A stretch of DNA of 64,000 nucleotides from an uncultured Nitrospiraceae bacterium (GTDB taxonomy: Bacteria > Nitrospirota > Nitrospiria > Nitrospirales > Nitrospiraceae). The notes under the pieces are model-generated. The model worked only from the letters and a program-made list of their open reading frames with translations. It was not told where the DNA came from and made no database searches. Of the stretch, positions 60,064-64,000 are shown in pieces. The DNA lies in the NCBI GenBank assembly GCA_963706325.1, contig CAVPLT010000007.1, positions 96,001 to 160,000 on the forward strand. The letters run 5' to 3'. The translations under genes were made by a program, and so were the position numbers. Within the stretch, counting starts at the first letter, position 1, and every line of letters starts with the position of its first letter.

Positions 60064-60612
60064 ATGCCAGATACTCATGAGAACGTCACACATCCAGAGG
60101 CAATCTTTACACCCCAAGGCTCACGACGGCGGTTTTTTCAATGGGTCACGAGGGGAGTGATGGGTATCATTGGATTTGCCGTAGGCATTCCGCTGATCGC
60201 GTATGTCGTGTCTCCTGCCCTCACGCGTCGCGAAAAAACCTGGGTTGATGTCGGAGGCGTGAACGAAGTGTCGGTTGACGAACCATCGCAACTTGAGTAC
60301 ATCGCGACCATTCGTGACGGGTATGTGGAAACCAAGACTCAGAAAGCGATATGGGCGATCAAACAGTCGGACGGACAGGTTACCGCCTTTTCTCCAATGT
60401 GCACGCACCTCGGATGCGGGTATACATGGGATAGAGGGGATAAGCATTTCAAGTGTCCCTGCCACGGCAGTGTGTTCGATGCCTCGGGGCATGTCCTAGC
60501 CGGCCCGGCGCCACGGAGCTTGGACCGGCTGCCGTCCAAAGTGGAGAATGGACGGCTCTTGGTTATCTACAAAGATTTCAAATCAGGCGTCCGGGAACAG
60601 ACCGAATTGTAA
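60064..60612 (+). CDS. Rieske 2Fe-2S subunit of a cytochrome bc complex (QcrA/PetC-like)
   Basis: Tat SRRRFF plus TM helix; CTHLGC, CPCHGS, GPAPR. Confidence 0.95.
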   Translation: MPDTHENVTHPEAIFTPQGSRRRFFQWVTRGVMGIIGFAVGIPLIAYVVSPALTRREKTWVDVGGVNEVSVDEPSQLEYIATIRDGYVETKTQKAIWAIKQSDGQVTAFSPMCTHLGCGYTWDRGDKHFKCPCHGSVFDASGHVLAGPAPRSLDRLPSKVENGRLLVIYKDFKSGVREQTEL

Positions 60613-60657
60613 ACAAATGAAATGTTCGAGAGAAAGACAACTCAGGGGGAGGACAAT

Positions 60658-62157
60658 ATGGATGTACGCGCCTTAGAGATCCGGGTCCGGAGGTTCACGG
60701 CAATCCTGGTTGTCGTCTTCGCCGTGGGGATTGGTGATCGATCCGCACTTTCGGCGACGCCCTCTACGAAGGGAGACCAGAAAACCGGAACCACCACGGC
60801 GAAATCCAGCCGTGCTCCCACGTCAATGCTGAAGGCGGTCCTGACCGACGCGCCGCATGTTCCTCCTCCGATCACACGTAAGCAACCTGCGAAGCTCATT
60901 GTGGAATTGGAGGTTACGGAGGTCGATCTTCCCATCTCCGAGGGAGTGGAGTACACGTTCTGGACCTTTGGGGGGAAGGTGCCGGGAAAGTTTATCCGTG
61001 TGCGGCAGGGCGACACGGTGGAGTTTCATCTCATGAACCATCCCGACAGCAGATTTCCGCACAACATTGACCTCCACGCCGTGACCGGTCCGGGAGGTGG
61101 AGCAGCCAGCAGCAATACGGCACCAGGGCGCCAGACGCAGTTCACCTTTCAGGCCCTCAACCCCGGCCTCTATGTCTATCACTGCGCGACCGCACCGGTC
61201 GGTGAACATGTGGCCAATGGAATGTATGGCCTGATTTTAGTCGAACCGACAGCGGGGTTGGCTCCGGTCGACCGGGAATACTATGTGCTCCAAAGCGATT
61301 TCTACACCGCGGGAAATTATCGCGAGCAGGGACACCAGGCCTTTGATATGACCAAAGCCATCGATGAACATGCGACCTATGTCGTATTTAACGGGGCCGA
61401 AGGAGCGTTGCTGGGCGAACATGCGCTCAAGGCCAAGGTTGGAGAGCGTGTACGTCTGTTCGTCGGGAACGGCGGACCGAACCTCGTGTCGAGCTTTCAT
61501 GTGATCGGCGAAATCTTCGATCGCGTATACCCCGAAGCCGGAATGCGTCCTCAGGAACAGGTCCAAACGACGCTTGTTCCAGCGGGCGGCGCTGCCATTG
61601 TCGAGTTCAAGGTTGAGGTTCCCGGCTCCTATAAGCTGGTGGATCACTCTATTTTGCGCGCGTTCAATAAAGGCGCCCTGGGAGAGCTAAAGGTCGAAGG
61701 GCCGGAGAACACATCGGTGTACTCAGGTAAGCAGGTCGAATCTGATTACAATGCGGCGAAATCCCTTGGCGTCCACACGGCGGCATCAATGACCCCTAAA
61801 GCGCCTCCCACGGATGATCCATCTGCACGTCTCGTTGCAGGGGGGACCCTGTACAAGACCTATTGCATGGGGTGTCATCAGGCAGAAGGACAGGGACTGC
61901 AAGGAACGTTTCCGCCGCTAGCGAAGTCGGACTACTTGACGGACAAGTCACGCGCAATCGAAGCGATCGTCAATGGTCTGACCGGGGGCATCGATGTGAA
62001 TGGGCAGCGCTACAACGGAGTCATGCCGCCAATGGGGCATCTGAAGGACGATCAGATCGCCGACATCTTGAGCTACGTTCGCCACTCGTGGGGAAATGAC
62101 GGAGAGGCCGTGTCGGCGGCGGAGGTGGCAGCGGTGCGGGCGAAAACCTCGCATTGA
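60658..62157 (+). CDS. nirK: Copper nitrite reductase fused to a C-terminal cytochrome c
   Basis: HNIDLH, YHC, HVANGM, SSFHVIG, LVDH; CMGCH...MPPM; signal peptide. Confidence 0.96.
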   Translation: MDVRALEIRVRRFTAILVVVFAVGIGDRSALSATPSTKGDQKTGTTTAKSSRAPTSMLKAVLTDAPHVPPPITRKQPAKLIVELEVTEVDLPISEGVEYTFWTFGGKVPGKFIRVRQGDTVEFHLMNHPDSRFPHNIDLHAVTGPGGGAASSNTAPGRQTQFTFQALNPGLYVYHCATAPVGEHVANGMYGLILVEPTAGLAPVDREYYVLQSDFYTAGNYREQGHQAFDMTKAIDEHATYVVFNGAEGALLGEHALKAKVGERVRLFVGNGGPNLVSSFHVIGEIFDRVYPEAGMRPQEQVQTTLVPAGGAAIVEFKVEVPGSYKLVDHSILRAFNKGALGELKVEGPENTSVYSGKQVESDYNAAKSLGVHTAASMTPKAPPTDDPSARLVAGGTLYKTYCMGCHQAEGQGLQGTFPPLAKSDYLTDKSRAIEAIVNGLTGGIDVNGQRYNGVMPPMGHLKDDQIADILSYVRHSWGNDGEAVSAAEVAAVRAKTSH

Positions 62158-62233
62158 GGCGTGGTCTTTTCTCGGGTCATGCTGAGGAGAGTGTTGAGGG
62201 GCGGAGAAACGACCGGCATCCCGGAGGGTCACG

Positions 62234-63559
62234 ATGGCGTCCCGCATATACGAGTGGTTTGACAGCCGCTTGAACTTGAAAGCGATGCAGAAAACGCTGC
62301 TGGACGAAGCGATTCCCGGCGGCGCCAGCTGGATCTATGTGTTCGGGTCTGCCACGCTCTTTATCTTCGGGCTCCAAGCCCTCACCGGGATGTTTCTGGC
62401 CCTCTATTACGCTCCGACGCCAGACCACGCGTATGACAGCGTGCAATTCATCGAAAACCAGGTGACATTCGGCTGGTTCGTGCGCGGCCTGCACCACTGG
62501 GGCGCCTCGGGGATGATCATTGCCGTGGGTCTGCACATGCTGCAAGTTTTCTTGTACGGTGCCTACAAACCGCCGCGCGAACTGATGTGGATGGTGGGCG
62601 TGGTGTTGCTGCTGATCGTCCTGGCCTTTGCGTTCACCGGTTATCTCTTGCCTTGGGACCAGACTGCCTACTGGGCCACGCAGGTCGGGATCAACATGGT
62701 CGGCACGGTGCCCCTGGTGGGTGATGTGCTCATTAAAGTGTTGCGCGGCGGCGAGACGCTGGGGATGCTCACCCTTTCACGGTTTTTTGCCGTGCATGTC
62801 TTGTTTCTTCCGGCGGTGATCGTCACAGGAATTGCGCTCCACCTGATCATACTCCGGCTGGTGGGACCGGCCGGTCCGTGGGATGAACGGAAAGCGGCGT
62901 CGCGCCGTGAAACTTTCTACCCCCGGCAGGTCTATATGGACGCCGTGGTGATGCTCTGTGTCTTTCTTGGGTTGGCGGCATTGGCGACGTGGGCGCCGTT
63001 CCCGCTAGCGGATAGGGCCAATCCGTCCGACACCAGCTTCGTGCCGGTGCCGGAATGGTACTTTCTCTTTTACTATGAGCTACTCAAACACATTCACGGA
63101 CCCTTTGAGCCTTTGGTCACATGGGTCTTGCCGATCGTGTTCGTGCTCATTGTCCTCTTCTGGCCATTGCTCGATTGGAAGAAAACAGTCCGGGCTCCGG
63201 CGTCGCGTCCCATCGGAATGGCGCTCGGCGTTGTGTTTCTGCTGATTGTGTTCTCACTGCTGGGCGTATCCTTGAAAAATCTGTACGCGGTGAAGCGCGT
63301 GGATCCAGGGATAGCGCACGGCAAGGCGCTCTATACCCAGTTCGGCTGTGCGGGGTGCCATCGGATTCATGGGGAGGGCGGGGCCTTGGCGCCGGACTTG
63401 TCCTACGTTGGTGATGTGCGTCCCGATCGCGAATGGCACGTGACACACTTGCGCGATCCCCAGGCTGTTTCACCCGGAAGCATCATGCCGAAGTTTCCTC
63501 TGACAGAGCCGGAATTGAATGACCTGACAAGCTATATGCTGAGTCTTAGACGCTCTTGA
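62234..63559 (+). CDS. Fused cytochrome b / subunit IV / cytochrome c (QcrB-like)
   Basis: LHHWG..LHM and VHV..LHL heme b ligands; TGYLLPWDQ; PEWY; C-terminal CAGCH...SIMP. Confidence 0.95.
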   Translation: MASRIYEWFDSRLNLKAMQKTLLDEAIPGGASWIYVFGSATLFIFGLQALTGMFLALYYAPTPDHAYDSVQFIENQVTFGWFVRGLHHWGASGMIIAVGLHMLQVFLYGAYKPPRELMWMVGVVLLLIVLAFAFTGYLLPWDQTAYWATQVGINMVGTVPLVGDVLIKVLRGGETLGMLTLSRFFAVHVLFLPAVIVTGIALHLIILRLVGPAGPWDERKAASRRETFYPRQVYMDAVVMLCVFLGLAALATWAPFPLADRANPSDTSFVPVPEWYFLFYYELLKHIHGPFEPLVTWVLPIVFVLIVLFWPLLDWKKTVRAPASRPIGMALGVVFLLIVFSLLGVSLKNLYAVKRVDPGIAHGKALYTQFGCAGCHRIHGEGGALAPDLSYVGDVRPDREWHVTHLRDPQAVSPGSIMPKFPLTEPELNDLTSYMLSLRRS

Positions 63560-63665
63560 CTTGATAGCCAATGGAGGACGATTTTTGGAACGAATGCGCC
63601 GGGAGGGTAGGCGAAAAGCAAAGGGCGCTGCATCCAAGCCCGCTCGCGCGCGTGCGCAGACCGGC

Positions 63666-64000
63666 ATGAAAGCGCTGCCTCAGGCGGGACCGTCGGATGC
63701 CCTGGATGAGACGGGCGCAGTTCGAGACGTCGTCCAAAATCATCTCCTGCAGGTCGTGGCATTTCTCGCGATGGAACCCCCGACGACGATGTACCCGGAT
63801 TCCCTTCGTGACGAACGGGTCAAGGTCTTGCGCATGATCCCTCCTCTCACCAGCGGGAACATCGTGCGAGGACAGTTTAAAGGCTATCGTGATGAGCCAG
63901 GAGTGGCCCCGAAGTCGCGCGTTGAGACATACGCCGCAGTTCGATTCAGCATTGACTCATGGCGCTGGGCAGGCGTACCGTTTCTCATCAGGGCAGGGAA
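63666..64000 (+). pseudogene. zwf: Glucose-6-phosphate dehydrogenase lacking its N-terminal NADP-binding domain (runs off the window)
   Basis: Hand translation MKALPQAGPSDAL-DETGAVRDVVQNHLLQVVAFLAMEPP...VRGQF...ETYAA...SWRWAGVPF.IRAG. Confidence 0.8.

Noticed and set aside
1..64000. CRISPR array, tRNA, rRNA, integrase or transposase
   Set aside because: None recognised on visual reading

Overview
High-GC bacterial chromosomal window. The gene content and dispersed repeat family suggest a Nitrospira-like organism (inference from recall, not a database result). No rRNA, tRNA, CRISPR array or intact transposase was seen. The first ~42 kb is a mosaic of housekeeping and accessory genes: ppa, deaD, prfC, hpnA/hpnG-like pair, MFS, MscK-like channel, yaeQ, SUI1, Na+/H+ antiporter, Omp85, DUF748, oxidoreductases and an HNH nuclease islet, with several MITE-like repeats. 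It also holds two paralogous pseudo-AAA proteins with a dead Walker A and basic tails, a novel helical domain present alone and fused to CBS domains, and an uncalled 56-aa zinc-finger gene behind a long structured leader. From ~42 kb to the end is an envelope/respiratory island. It carries duplicated SYLF, DUF4136 and periplasmic helical proteins, a porin, MscS, USP, a cytoplasmic multi-PAS kinase with a NarL-type regulator, and a Rieske - NirK/cytochrome c - cytochrome b/c gene cluster. Five copies of a 16-bp palindrome (CTGTYA-N4-TRACAG) sit upstream of the island's transcription units, suggesting one regulon. The island shows decay: four damaged genes, including a zwf whose N-terminal domain appears deleted in frame.
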